Position numbers and translations under genes: made by a program. Positions 45,290 through 55,393 of a DNA stretch of 64,000 nucleotides are shown here, one piece after another (positions within the stretch are counted from its first letter, which is position 1; each line of letters begins with the position of its first letter). The DNA comes from an uncultured Candidatus Kuenenia sp. (GTDB lineage Bacteria; Planctomycetota; Planctomycetia; Pirellulales; UBA1268): positions 1,572 through 65,571 of the forward strand of contig CAZJHQ010000013.1 of assembly GCA_964545915.1 (NCBI GenBank), written 5' to 3'. The notes below the pieces were generated by a model. It was not told the DNA's origin, searched no databases, and saw only the letters and a program-made list of their open reading frames with translations.

Positions 45290-47182
45290 ATGGGATTTCG
45301 CTCGCTCCAGGCATGTGTCGATGCGCTCGTCGCCGAGCGGAGGGCCGTCGTCGTCGAGCATCCAGTCGATCCCCACCTGGAGATCGCCGAGATCCAGCGG
45401 CGGCTGTTCCGGACAGGGGGTCCGGCCGTGCTCTTCACGCGGCCGCGGGGCACCGACTTTCCGGTGCTCGTCAACCTCTACGGCACCAAGGGGCGGATCG
45501 AGCGGATCTTCGCCGACACGCTCGACCGCGTGCGACGGCTGGTCGAGCTGAAGATCGATCCCACGGTCGCGTTGCGGAATCCCCTCCGCTACTGGCGGGC
45601 TCCGCTCGACGGGCTGACGACGCTGCCCAAGCGGGTGCGGACGGGCGCGGTGCTCGCGGGCAACATCCCGCTCTCGCGGCTGCCGCACGTGACCGGATGG
45701 CCGGGCGACGGCGGCCCGTTCGTCACGCTGCCCTGCGTCTACACCGAAGACCCCGACCATCCGGGCACGCGGCGGTCAAACCTCGGCATGTACCGGGTGC
45801 AACTCGCCGGCAACGACTATGCGGCCGACCGCGAGGTGGGCCTCCACTACCAGCTCCATCGCGGCATCGGCCTGCATCACGCCGCGGCCTTGCGCCGGGG
45901 CGAGCCCCTGAAGGTGAACGTGTTCGTCGGCGGCTCGCCGGCCCTGGCCGTCTCGGCGGTGATGCCGCTGCCCGAAGGTCTCTCCGAACTGACGTTCGCC
46001 GGCGCGCTCGCCGGGCACCGGATCCCGATGATCACCCGCCGCGATCGCCCCGCGATCTACGCCGACGCCGACTTCGTCATCGAGGGCACGGTGCTGCCCG
46101 GAGCGACGAAGCCCGAAGGACCGTTCGGCGACCACCTCGGCTACTACGCCCGCCGCCACGAGTTTCCGCTCATGCGGGTGGATCACGTCTGGCACCGCAC
46201 GGGGGCGATCTGGCCGGTGACCGTCGTCGGCCGGCCGCCCCAGGAGGACACCCTCTTCGGCTGGCTCGTCCACGAGCTCACCGGCCCCGTGATCCCCACC
46301 GTGCTGCCGGGCGTGTCGAGCGTCCATGCGGTCGACGCCTCGGGCGTGCATCCCCTCCTCCTCGCCGTGGGCAGCGAGCGGTACATGCCCTGGAAGTCCT
46401 CGGGCCGGCCCGCCGAACTGCTCACGCAGGCCGCCGCGATTCTCGGCCAGGGGCAGCTGTCGCTCGCCAAGTATCTGTTCATCGTCAACGGCGGCGACGC
46501 TCCCGGCCTCGACGCCCACGACATCCGGCCGTTCCTGGAATGGCTCCTCGCCCGGGCCGACTGGCGGCGCGACTGCCACTTCCACACCGAGACCACGATC
46601 GACACGCTCGACTACTCGGGCTCCGGCTTCAACACCGGCTCGAAGCTCGTGGTCGCCGCCCGCGGCCCGGCGATCCGCGATCTGCCGACCACCGTGCCGG
46701 CGGACGTGACGCTGCCGCCGGGCTTCAGCTACGCCCGCGTCTGCCTGCCGGGGGTCGTGGCGGTGGCCGGCCCGCGGATCGAGCCGCGGCCCTCGCTCGC
46801 CGCGGAGAGCGACGCGGCGATCTGGGCGCAGGCCGCCGCCGCGCCCTGGGCGGCCGACATGGAGCGGTTCTGCGCGGCCGTCGGCACCAATCATCCGCTA
46901 CGGGCGTTTCCGCTGGTCGTGGTCGTGGACGACGCCGCCTTCGCGGCCGCGAGCCTGGAAAACTTCCTCTGGCTCACGTTCACGCGGTCGAACCCCGCCG
47001 CCGACGTCCACGGCGTCGAGTCCTTCACGCACCACAAGCACTGGGGCTGCCGCGGGCCGCTGGTGATCGACGCCCGGCTGAAGCCGCACCACGCGCCCCC
47101 CTGCGAGGAAGATCCGGCCGTGTCCGCCCGCGTGGATGAACTGTGCCGCCGCGGCGGACCGCTGGCCGGCCTGGGGCTGTGA
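45290..47182 (+). CDS. UbiD-family decarboxylase
   Basis: NLGMYR, EGPFGDHLGYY, VVGRPPQED and TTIDTLDY. Confidence 0.9.
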   Translation: MGFRSLQACVDALVAERRAVVVEHPVDPHLEIAEIQRRLFRTGGPAVLFTRPRGTDFPVLVNLYGTKGRIERIFADTLDRVRRLVELKIDPTVALRNPLRYWRAPLDGLTTLPKRVRTGAVLAGNIPLSRLPHVTGWPGDGGPFVTLPCVYTEDPDHPGTRRSNLGMYRVQLAGNDYAADREVGLHYQLHRGIGLHHAAALRRGEPLKVNVFVGGSPALAVSAVMPLPEGLSELTFAGALAGHRIPMITRRDRPAIYADADFVIEGTVLPGATKPEGPFGDHLGYYARRHEFPLMRVDHVWHRTGAIWPVTVVGRPPQEDTLFGWLVHELTGPVIPTVLPGVSSVHAVDASGVHPLLLAVGSERYMPWKSSGRPAELLTQAAAILGQGQLSLAKYLFIVNGGDAPGLDAHDIRPFLEWLLARADWRRDCHFHTETTIDTLDYSGSGFNTGSKLVVAARGPAIRDLPTTVPADVTLPPGFSYARVCLPGVVAVAGPRIEPRPSLAAESDAAIWAQAAAAPWAADMERFCAAVGTNHPLRAFPLVVVVDDAAFAAASLENFLWLTFTRSNPAADVHGVESFTHHKHWGCRGPLVIDARLKPHHAPPCEEDPAVSARVDELCRRGGPLAGLGL

Positions 47183-47199
47183 CGGGTACGCTCCGCGGC

Positions 47200-48909
47200 A
47201 TGGCCGACGCACCGCCCGCGAGCCGCCGCCCCCGCTGGTACCAGGACCTCCGCTGGATCATGGCCGGGCTCATGCTCGTCGTCGTGTCGACGACGCTCTA
47301 CGGGCTCTTCGGGCCCGACGCGCCGATCGTCGTGTCGCCCGCAACGACCGTGATTACGGAACCGCTGGCGGCCGACGGCCTGCCCGACTACGCGGCCCAC
47401 GTGCTCGCCCGAGCCGGCCGCGGTACGCCCCCGGACGACAACGCCGCCGTGCCGCTCCTCATGGCCCTCTGGCCGCTGAAGTTCGACGAAGCCGATCTGC
47501 CGGCCGTCTGCCAGGAACTCGGAATCGACGTGCCGTCTCCGCCGCCGGACGCGTTTCAGGCCGATGCCCTCAGCAGAGATACCGGGATCAGGGCGGCCAT
47601 CGAAAGCATCCTGGCCGACCGCGTTCCCGCAGAGGCGACATCCATCACGCCCTTCGACGTGATCGACGCCGCCGGCAAGCACCCCTGGCGGGCCGCCGAC
47701 CTGCCGGCACTCGACGCCTGGCTCGCGGCGCACGCTGGTCGGCTCGACCTCCTGCGCGAGGCATCTCGGCGACCGCGACTCTATCTTCCCAACCCGACGT
47801 TGCTCCGCGGCAACCGCGACTCCGTCCTGTCCTCCGGTCTGCACCTGGGCCGACCGCTGCGGCAGGCCGTAACCGTCCTCCAACTGCGGGCGATGGGGCA
47901 CCTGGGCCACGGCCGGCCGACCGAGGCGTGGCGCGATATCCTGGCCATGCACCGTCTCGCCCGGCTGGCCGCGGCGGCGGACGGCGGCTCGGTCCTGAGC
48001 CGGCTGATTACGGTGGTCTTTTCGGGGGCCGCCTGCGCGGCGACGCTGCAACTGCTCGACGCGCCGGGGCTGCCGGCCGAAGTCGCGGCGACGATCAGCC
48101 AGGACCTGGAGGCCCTGCCGCCGTTCCCGCCCCATGCGCAGATGATCGCGCTGGATCGGCTCGGTTCCGCCGCCTTTGTCATCCATGTATGCACCGCGCC
48201 GCGGGGCAAGCGGCGGGAGCACTTCGAGCATGTGGTCGAAGTGATGGATGACATCTTTGCCGCCACCAGCCTCGACGGCAACGTGATTCTCGAGGACGTC
48301 AACGCCGCGTACGCCGCCCTGGAGCAGGCCCTGCGCGTGCCCGGCTGGCAGGACCGTGAGCGGGAACTCGTTCGGCTGGATGCCGGACGGCAGGCTGCCG
48401 TTTCCGGCCTGGGCCCGGCCGCGAAACTCGCCGACACCTGCCGGCTGCTGCTCAACCGCGGCGCCCGCAGTGGGCGAATCGCACGTCGTTTGAATGCCGT
48501 GCTGTGTCCTTGGATGGCCTCAGCCGATGCCACCGTCACTCGCTACGAGGCCCTCTTCGAACTCACCCGCGTGGCGGCGGCCCTGGCGGCCTGCCGCGCT
48601 GCCGCCGGCGCAGCGACCACGTATCCCGAACGGCTCGACGATCTCGTGCCCCGGTATCTTGACCGACTGCCGACCGATCCTTTCTCGGGCGGGCCGTTCG
48701 TCTACGAGCGCCGCGGCGTCGGATACCTGCTCTACAGCATCGGCCAGAACGGCCGCGACGACGGCGGCACGGACTATTCCACGCCGATCGTCGCGGGCGA
48801 GTGGGCGGAGGAGTCGCCGCACCTCGGCGACGCGAAGACGACCGACGTCGTCGTTCGTCTGCCGCTGTCCGGCAGCCCGATCCTCGAACGGCTTCGCGCT
48901 CGGCCCTGA
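47200..48909 (+). CDS. Membrane-anchored hypothetical protein with pilin-G-like C-terminal motif
   Basis: N-terminal TM; TTVITEPL..DGLPDY; C-terminal YPERLDDLVP..PTDPFSG..LYSIGQNGRDDGG. Confidence 0.7.
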   Translation: MADAPPASRRPRWYQDLRWIMAGLMLVVVSTTLYGLFGPDAPIVVSPATTVITEPLAADGLPDYAAHVLARAGRGTPPDDNAAVPLLMALWPLKFDEADLPAVCQELGIDVPSPPPDAFQADALSRDTGIRAAIESILADRVPAEATSITPFDVIDAAGKHPWRAADLPALDAWLAAHAGRLDLLREASRRPRLYLPNPTLLRGNRDSVLSSGLHLGRPLRQAVTVLQLRAMGHLGHGRPTEAWRDILAMHRLARLAAAADGGSVLSRLITVVFSGAACAATLQLLDAPGLPAEVAATISQDLEALPPFPPHAQMIALDRLGSAAFVIHVCTAPRGKRREHFEHVVEVMDDIFAATSLDGNVILEDVNAAYAALEQALRVPGWQDRERELVRLDAGRQAAVSGLGPAAKLADTCRLLLNRGARSGRIARRLNAVLCPWMASADATVTRYEALFELTRVAAALAACRAAAGAATTYPERLDDLVPRYLDRLPTDPFSGGPFVYERRGVGYLLYSIGQNGRDDGGTDYSTPIVAGEWAEESPHLGDAKTTDVVVRLPLSGSPILERLRARP

Positions 48910-48956
48910 CTGAACCTCCACACCCGCAGCCGGTGCTCCACCAAAGTCGAAACCGC

Positions 48957-49111
48957 TATAGCTGCCTGTGGAAAAAGCCATCCATGGCCTTTTTCCACTT
49001 GAGCGACCGCAGGATTCGCAAACCGAAGGCGCAGCCGAGGCAACGCCGAGGGTTTCCTGGGTCGCTGGCCGTCGCATCCTGCTCGGGCAAACTTGTTCCA
49101 CAGTCTGCTAG
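48957..49111. repeat. MITE/REP-like palindromic element, copy 3 (with a ~30-bp internal insertion)
   Basis: CTGTGGAAAAAGCCATCCATGGCCTTTTTCCAC ... TTCCACAGTCTGCTAG. Confidence 0.75.
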
Positions 49112-49683
49112 CCGGAAAGCTCATCCGGTTCAGCGAGAATCTCGGCGAGCAGGGTCTTCAGGCCCAGGAGGCCCGCGAGGCGATCGAGTTCGGGACGTTC
49201 CGCCGCCGGCATGAGCCGCACGATCTGCCGCAGATCACGGCGGCTCTTGTGGCTTCCCTTCGCCGCCCACGCCAGTTTCGACGCCGCGGCGTCGGGTCTC
49301 GACACCACCGGGAGCGACAGGCCCTCGAAGACCTCGAGGTGGATCGAGCGGTCCAATTCCCCCGGAATCATTTCCCGCGGGTAGACGTCGATCTTCAGCG
49401 CTTCCTGCAGGTCGAAGAGCTGAAACATCGACCGGTCAGCGACGGCCCTGCGCACGGCGTCGGTATCGAGTAGGAAGCCGGCCTCCGTGGCGGCGGCCAG
49501 GAAGGCATCGAGGCAGCGGGCCAGCGCCGGGTTGTCGACCACGAGATCGATATCCTGCGTCATCCGCGGCTCGCCGTAGGCCACGCTCGTAATGCCGCCG
49601 GTGAGATGAAACCGCACGGCGTGACGGGTCAGGATGGCGAGCAGCCGCGACAGCGTGTCACGAAAGATCTCAGCCGGATACAT
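49108..49683 (-). CDS. Nucleotidyltransferase-fold protein, putative toxin
   Basis: LTGG..SVAYGEPRMTQDIDLVV (polbeta-like GG..DxD), SKLAW and SRRDL. Confidence 0.7.
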   Translation of the reverse strand: MYPAEIFRDTLSRLLAILTRHAVRFHLTGGITSVAYGEPRMTQDIDLVVDNPALARCLDAFLAAATEAGFLLDTDAVRRAVADRSMFQLFDLQEALKIDVYPREMIPGELDRSIHLEVFEGLSLPVVSRPDAAASKLAWAAKGSHKSRRDLRQIVRLMPAAERPELDRLAGLLGLKTLLAEILAEPDELSG

Positions 49684-49921
49684 GATCGAGCATCCGCTGG
49701 ATCAGACGCCGCGACGCAGCATCGGCGCCGTACAGCCGCATCGCCGTCTCCCACTTCAACTGCTCCGCCGACAGGCCGCCCTGACGGGCGCGGATCTCGC
49801 GGCGAATCAGGTCGCGAGCCCAGAGGAACATCGCGGCGGCCCGGGCGACTCGGGCGTGCGCGGGGAGCGCATCCTGGGCGGCACGGAACCGGGCCTCGAC
49901 ACTCGGGTCTGCCATGTCCAT
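49670..49921 (-). CDS. Small helical protein, putative antitoxin partner
   Basis: 83 aa; its end overlaps the start of the NTase gene. Confidence 0.55.
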   Translation of the reverse strand: MDMADPSVEARFRAAQDALPAHARVARAAAMFLWARDLIRREIRARQGGLSAEQLKWETAMRLYGADAASRRLIQRMLDHVSG

Positions 49922-49965
49922 ACCGGCATCGTACCGTGCCGTGGACACAGCCCGCCACGGAGGGG

Positions 49966-50358
49966 TCAGGCCGTGATGCTGGCGATGCGGATCTTCGTGG
50001 CCAGCGAGCGGTGGCCCGTGCGGCGGCGGTAGTTCTTCCGCCGCTTGAACTTCTGCACGTAGATCTTCTCGCCCTGCACGAGGCCCAACACCTCGGCCTT
50101 CACTTTGGCGCCCTTGACCTTCGGCTTGCCGAGCGTGAGCCGGCCGGCCTGGCTCACGGCCAGCACGTCGTCGAACACGACCTCGCTGCCCGCCGGTACC
50201 GGCGTGCCGTCATCCTGGTGACGGAAGTCGATCTCCAGCTCCTGCCCCTCGCGGACCATGTACTGCCGGCCGCCGTCGACGACGATGGCGTATGCGTGGC
50301 CCGCGCCCTGCATCGAGGCGGCGGAGGAGGCGGTGGTGTCGGGGGCGGCCTTGGCCAT
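49966..50358 (-). CDS. rplU: 50S ribosomal protein L21
   Basis: YAIVVDGGRQYMV and FKRRKNYRRRTGHR. Confidence 0.95.
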   Translation of the reverse strand: MAKAAPDTTASSAASMQGAGHAYAIVVDGGRQYMVREGQELEIDFRHQDDGTPVPAGSEVVFDDVLAVSQAGRLTLGKPKVKGAKVKAEVLGLVQGEKIYVQKFKRRKNYRRRTGHRSLATKIRIASITA

Positions 50359-50453
50359 GGCTGGAATCCGGTCGGGACAGGGGGAAAGGGAATGAAAAAC
50401 CGAGTCCCAGAGGATACCGACGCTCCCCGGCCCGGTCGAGAGGGCGAAAAATC

Positions 50454-52061
50454 CTACGGAAAGCGGATCGAACGGCCGTTGGAATCCCAGGCCTCGATGA
50501 CCAGGTGCTCCGGCGACACGCCGTCCTTCCCGTCGACGTGCAGCTGGATGTGGGTCTCGTCCTCGAACTGGGTGATCTCCCGCCGCTTGCGGTTGTTGAT
50601 CCAGGTCGCCACCTCGTCGTGCACCGTGACGTTGAGCCGGGCCACGTCGTCGCGGGTGGCGGAGAGCTGGAGCGTGCGCATCACCTCGATCGCCATGCTC
50701 TCGGCCGTCTTCACCGTGCCGGTGCCGCTGCAGGTGGGGCAGTCGCGGAAGATGCTCTTCCGCAGCGACGGCCGGATCCGCTGCCGCGTCATCTCCACCA
50801 GGCCGAAGGGGCTGGTCCGCAGGATCTTCGTCCGCGCCCTGTCCCGCTTCATGGCGTCGTGCAGCGCCTTCTCGACACCGCGGCGATACTTCTCCTTCCG
50901 CATGTCGATGAAGTCGTTGACGATCACGCCGCCGAGGTCGCGGAGCCGCAGCTGCCGCGCGATCTCCTTGGCGGCGATGAGATTCATCTGATAGGCGTTC
51001 TCCTCTGCGCTCTTCTCGGTGCGGAACGAGCCGGAGTTGACGTCGATCGCCACCAGGGCCTCGGTCTGGTCGATGACGATCGACCCGCCCCCCTTGAGCG
51101 GCACCTTCCGCTGATACATCTTCCCGATCTCTTCTTCCAGGCCGTAGCGGTGGAAGAGCGGCTCCTTGCCCTCGTAGAGCTGCAGCCGGGGCGCGTACTT
51201 CGGCATCACGAGTTCGAGGAACTCCTTGGCCCGCTCGTAGGCGGCCGGGTCGTCGATCAGGATCCGCCCCACGTCCTCCGTGAACATGTCACGGATCGTG
51301 CGGATGATCATGTCGCTCTCCTGGTAGATGTCGATCGGCGCGGAATACTTCCGCATCCGGCGCACGATGCTCTTCCAGAGATTGAGCAGGTAGGCCATGT
51401 CGCGGGCCATCTCCGACTTCGTCCGCTCGGTGCCCGCGGTGCGAACCACGAAGCCCACCCCCTTGGGCGGCTGCAGGTCGAGCATGATGTCGCGAAGCAC
51501 GCGCCGGTCGCGCTCGTCGTCGATTTTCTTGGAGATGCCCACGCGGCCCAGCGGGGGCATGAGCACGAGATATCGGCCGGGAATCGAGATGTAGGTGGAG
51601 AGCGTCGGCCCCTTGGTGCCGAAGCCCTCCTTGATGACCTGCACGAGCACCTCGTCACCGCGGCGGAGGATGTCCTGGATCGGCGGCTTGACCCGGGGGC
51701 GATCGCCGATCCGGGGCTTGCGGCGGGTGGCGGTGCGGCCGCCCGCGTCGGCCTCGGCCGGCTCGCCACCGCGGGACGGGGGCTCGACGTCGAAGGCCTT
51801 GTCGGGGTCGAGCCCGCCCTGGCGGTAGTACTGCGGCTCCACGTCACTGATGTGCAGGAACCCGTTGCGGCCGACGCCGAAGTCGACGAACGCGGCCTGG
51901 ATCGAGGGCTCGATGTTGACGATCCGCCCCTTGTAGATGTTGCCGACGAGGTTGTCCTGGCTGGTCCGCTCGACGTACAGCTCCTCCAGCAGGCCGTCCT
52001 CCATGATCGCGATCCGGCACTCCTCCGGCTGCGAGACGTTGATCAGCATTTCCTGTTTCAT
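50454..52061 (-). CDS. Rne/Rng family ribonuclease
   Basis: GNIYKGRIVNIEPSIQAAFVD, AIDVNSG, DLGGVIVNDFIDM and CPTCSGTG. Confidence 0.93.
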   Translation of the reverse strand: MKQEMLINVSQPEECRIAIMEDGLLEELYVERTSQDNLVGNIYKGRIVNIEPSIQAAFVDFGVGRNGFLHISDVEPQYYRQGGLDPDKAFDVEPPSRGGEPAEADAGGRTATRRKPRIGDRPRVKPPIQDILRRGDEVLVQVIKEGFGTKGPTLSTYISIPGRYLVLMPPLGRVGISKKIDDERDRRVLRDIMLDLQPPKGVGFVVRTAGTERTKSEMARDMAYLLNLWKSIVRRMRKYSAPIDIYQESDMIIRTIRDMFTEDVGRILIDDPAAYERAKEFLELVMPKYAPRLQLYEGKEPLFHRYGLEEEIGKMYQRKVPLKGGGSIVIDQTEALVAIDVNSGSFRTEKSAEENAYQMNLIAAKEIARQLRLRDLGGVIVNDFIDMRKEKYRRGVEKALHDAMKRDRARTKILRTSPFGLVEMTRQRIRPSLRKSIFRDCPTCSGTGTVKTAESMAIEVMRTLQLSATRDDVARLNVTVHDEVATWINNRKRREITQFEDETHIQLHVDGKDGVSPEHLVIEAWDSNGRSIRFP

Positions 52062-52093
52062 CGGTCGTTTCCCTTTCCTGGTTGTCGGCCGCC

Positions 52094-53833
52094 CTAGGCG
52101 ACCGTCTGGGCGAGCAGACGACGCATCTGGTCGCGCAGGTAGGCCTTGACCTCCCGCGCCCCGTCCATCGCCAGCGCCTTCTCGGCGATCACGCGGCAGT
52201 CGGCGACCGAAACGCTTCGGCACACCTGCTTCACCTCCGGGATGGCGCTGGCCGGCACGCTGAGCTGCCGGAGCCCCAACCCCAGAAGCAGCTGCGTGAA
52301 CATCACGCTGCCGCTCATCTGACCGCACACATTGGCCGGCACGCCGGCCTCCCGCGCCACGTCCAGCGAGCGGCGCAAGAGCCGCAGGACCGCCGGATCG
52401 CAGGCGTTGTACAGTTCCGCAACCTCCTTGTTGCCCCGGTCGACCGCCAGCGTGTACTGGATCAGGTCGTTGGTGCCGATGGAGACGAAGTCGACCTCCT
52501 TGATGAAGGCGTCGAGCATCATCACGGCGGCCGGCGTCTCCACCATCATCCCCACCGGCATCTTCGGATTGAACGCGATGCCGTGCTCGGCGAGATCCTC
52601 CATCACGTCGGCGAGCACCATCCGCGCCTGCCGCAGCTCCACGATCGTGGAGACGAGCGGAAACATCACCCGCACGTCGCCCAGCGCACTGGCCCGGAGG
52701 ATGGCCCGCAACTGAGTGCGGAAGATCGGCAGCTGCCGCAGCGAGAGGCGGATGCTCCGCAGGCCGAGGCAGGGGTTCCGCTCCTCCTCGGGCCGCGTCT
52801 CGGTGAGCATCTTGTCGGCGCCGAGGTCGAGCGTGCGGATCACCACCGGCCGACCGCCCATCGTCTCGACCACCGCGCGGTAGGCCGCAAAGTGGTCCTC
52901 CTCGGTCGGCTCCCGCTTGCTCGTGAGATACAGAAACTCCGTGCGGTACAGGCCGATGCCGTCGCAACCCCGGGCGAGACATTGCTCGGCCTCGTCGGGA
53001 AACTCGATGTTGCCGGTGATCTGCACGCGGACGCCGTCGGTCGTCTCCGCGGGCAGGTCACGGAGCGCGCCGAGCCGGGCGGCGACGCTCTTGGCGGCCT
53101 CGAGCTCCTGCCGATAGCGGGCGATCGTCTCCTCGTCGGGCTGGAGGATCACCACCCCCTGGTTGCCGTCGAGAATCACCGGCTCGCCGCCGGAGACGTC
53201 GGCCAGGAACGGCCCGACGCCCACCACGGCCGGAATCTCCAGCCCCTCGGCCACGATCGCCGTGTGGCTGCCGGGGCCGCCGAGCTCGGTGGCGAAGCCC
53301 TTCACCAGCCGGCGATCGAGATTGGCCGTCTCGCTGGGAGTGAGGTTGTGGGCCAGCACCACCACCGGCTGCGAGATCGAGGCCAGTGTCTCCCGCCGCT
53401 GGCCGAGGAGCGCCCGCAGCAGGCTCTTCTCGACGTCGTAGATGTCGTGGGCCCGCTGGGCGATGTGGTTGTCGAGGTTCTGGAACGCCTTGGCGTAGCG
53501 GCGGAGCGTGCGGCTCACGGCGTATTCGGGCCACCAGTTGCGATCGCGGACGGCGCTGGTGAGCTCCTGCTGCAACCGCTCGTCGTGGAGCATCGCCAGG
53601 TGGGCCTCGAAGATGGCCGCATACTGGTCACCGAGCTCGGAGCGGATCGCGTCGCGGTTCCGCTCGATCTCGCGGGTCGCCGCGGCGACGGCGGCGGCAA
53701 GCCGGGCCAGCTCCGTGTCGACGGCGCTCCGCTCCACGAACCGCCGCGGGATCCGGAACCCCTCGGCGTCGAGCACGAGCGCCTCGCCGATCGTGACGCC
53801 GGGCGAGACGGCGATTCCCTGGAGTTTCAGCAT
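52094..53833 (-). CDS. ptsI: PEP-protein phosphotransferase (PTS enzyme I)
   Basis: GSHTAIVA phospho-His, GIGLYRTEFLY, SIGTNDLIQY and VCGQM. Confidence 0.93.
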   Translation of the reverse strand: MLKLQGIAVSPGVTIGEALVLDAEGFRIPRRFVERSAVDTELARLAAAVAAATREIERNRDAIRSELGDQYAAIFEAHLAMLHDERLQQELTSAVRDRNWWPEYAVSRTLRRYAKAFQNLDNHIAQRAHDIYDVEKSLLRALLGQRRETLASISQPVVVLAHNLTPSETANLDRRLVKGFATELGGPGSHTAIVAEGLEIPAVVGVGPFLADVSGGEPVILDGNQGVVILQPDEETIARYRQELEAAKSVAARLGALRDLPAETTDGVRVQITGNIEFPDEAEQCLARGCDGIGLYRTEFLYLTSKREPTEEDHFAAYRAVVETMGGRPVVIRTLDLGADKMLTETRPEEERNPCLGLRSIRLSLRQLPIFRTQLRAILRASALGDVRVMFPLVSTIVELRQARMVLADVMEDLAEHGIAFNPKMPVGMMVETPAAVMMLDAFIKEVDFVSIGTNDLIQYTLAVDRGNKEVAELYNACDPAVLRLLRRSLDVAREAGVPANVCGQMSGSVMFTQLLLGLGLRQLSVPASAIPEVKQVCRSVSVADCRVIAEKALAMDGAREVKAYLRDQMRRLLAQTVA

Positions 53834-54044
53834 GGCGGGCGCCCCGCGTCCGCAGGCTGCGACGGCCGACCGGGGGATCGCGACAGCTCGCTGCCGTGGC
53901 CGACAGACCAGGGCGACAGCAGGCGTGCGATGCGGATCCCGGGGCCCGCGCCAAGCGGCGGTGAGCGGCTCCTCGTGTTGTGTGGTCGTTCATCGACCGC
54001 CGGCGACCGGGGGCCGTGGCCGGCCCCTGCCCGATCGCCGCCGG

Positions 54045-54353
54045 TCAGGATTCCTGTTCGTCTTGTTCGTTGAACCTGCGTTCGAAGAGACTGCCGATGG
54101 CCTCGAGCGCCTGCCGCGCGTCGGGCCCCGTCGCCTCCACCACCAGCCGCGTGCCCGCCTCGGCGGCGAGCGTGAGCACCTCGAGGATGCTCTTGCCGTC
54201 CGCCCGCTGGGCGTCGGCCACCAGCTCGATTCGTGACTGCCACTTCCGCGCCTCGCGGGCGAGCATGTCGGCCGGCCGGGCGTGCAAACCCTGGCTGTTG
54301 GCGACCACCACCTCCCGCGACAGCGTCTCCTGGCTCAGGGCTTCCCGACTCAT
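54045..54353 (-). CDS. ptsH: HPr phosphocarrier
   Basis: GLHARPA and DGKSILEVLTL. Confidence 0.93.
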   Translation of the reverse strand: MSREALSQETLSREVVVANSQGLHARPADMLAREARKWQSRIELVADAQRADGKSILEVLTLAAEAGTRLVVEATGPDARQALEAIGSLFERRFNEQDEQES

Positions 54354-54360
54354 CGCTTCC

Positions 54361-54837
54361 TCACGAGGCCACACCGTGACTGTCGGCCTCTTCCAGCAGG
54401 GCCTGAATCTCGACCGGCCCCTTGGCGGCCTTGAGCATCTTGCAGAACCCGTCGTCGCGCAACTGCCGTGAGATGTTCTCCAACGCCCGCAGGTGGTCGC
54501 CGGGACGATCCGGCGGCGACACCAGCAGGAAGAACAGATGCACGGGCTCGCCGTCGAGGCTCTCGAACTCGATCCCTGCGGGACTCACCGCCACCGTGCC
54601 CACCAGCCGGCTGACGCTCGGATGCTTCGTGTGGGGCACCGCTACGCCCCGACCGATCCCGGTGCTGCCGAGATCCTCGCGCTTCATGATCGCCTTGACG
54701 ATGCTCTCCAGGTCGCCGGCTGCGATCCGCCCTGCATCGACGAGAGCCTGCGCCATCTCGCGGATCACGCCTTCCTTCGAGGAGGCCGTGACCCGCGAGC
54801 GGATCGCATCGGTGGCGACAAAATCGGAGAACTTCAT
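54361..54837 (-). CDS. PTS EIIA (fructose/nitrogen-type) protein
   Basis: REDLGSTGIGRGVAVPH and HLRALENISR. Confidence 0.9.
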   Translation of the reverse strand: MKFSDFVATDAIRSRVTASSKEGVIREMAQALVDAGRIAAGDLESIVKAIMKREDLGSTGIGRGVAVPHTKHPSVSRLVGTVAVSPAGIEFESLDGEPVHLFFLLVSPPDRPGDHLRALENISRQLRDDGFCKMLKAAKGPVEIQALLEEADSHGVAS

Positions 54838-54875
54838 GCTGCGTGCCGTTCCGCGGAGGTGCGTGCGTTCGTGGG

Positions 54876-55196
54876 TCAGGAGTGGCGGTGCGACTGCACG
54901 TGCTTGTGGTCGCGGACCTTTTCCTTGTGCTTGCGAAGCTGCTGCTCCATCTTCTGCACCGCGCCGTCCACGCTCCGCCACAGCTGGGCGGCGTGCTCGT
55001 GGCTGACCAGGTCGTGGAAGTGCTCCGCCTTGGCGACGATCTCCACCGCCGGCAGGGAGGAATTGTGCAGATCGACGGTCACCTCCAGGGCGGTGAGGCG
55101 GTCGAAATACCGCTTCAGCCGCGACACCTTGGAGGCGATCTTCGACTGCGAGGCGGGGCTCAAGCTGCCATGACGGGCCGAAACGTTGATCTGCAC
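54876..55196 (-). CDS. hpf: Ribosome hibernation factor HPF/RaiA
   Basis: GTG start; QINVSARH, KVSRLKRYFD and KMEQQLRKHKEK. Confidence 0.85.
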   Translation of the reverse strand: MQINVSARHGSLSPASQSKIASKVSRLKRYFDRLTALEVTVDLHNSSLPAVEIVAKAEHFHDLVSHEHAAQLWRSVDGAVQKMEQQLRKHKEKVRDHKHVQSHRHS

Positions 55197-55393
55197 GCTG
55201 GAAAACCCCCTCGGTGCTGGGCAGTGGTGGGCTGCAGGTTGCGAAGCATGACGGAGGACACCCGACCCGCGGGCCGGGACCGGCAGGAGCCCGGACCGGC
55301 GGTCCGAGCACCTTGTCGGGCAGCATATCACCAGCCCGCAGGCAGCCACAAACGTGGGGCGTATTCACCGTGTCCGAGCGCGGAATCGCGGCA

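Noticed and set aside
45290-47182. ubiD without adjacent ubiX
   Set aside because: ubiX is often unlinked, so no unusual system is implied.
49966-50358. rplU without adjacent rpmA
   Set aside because: Separation of these genes occurs in many lineages and is not informative alone.
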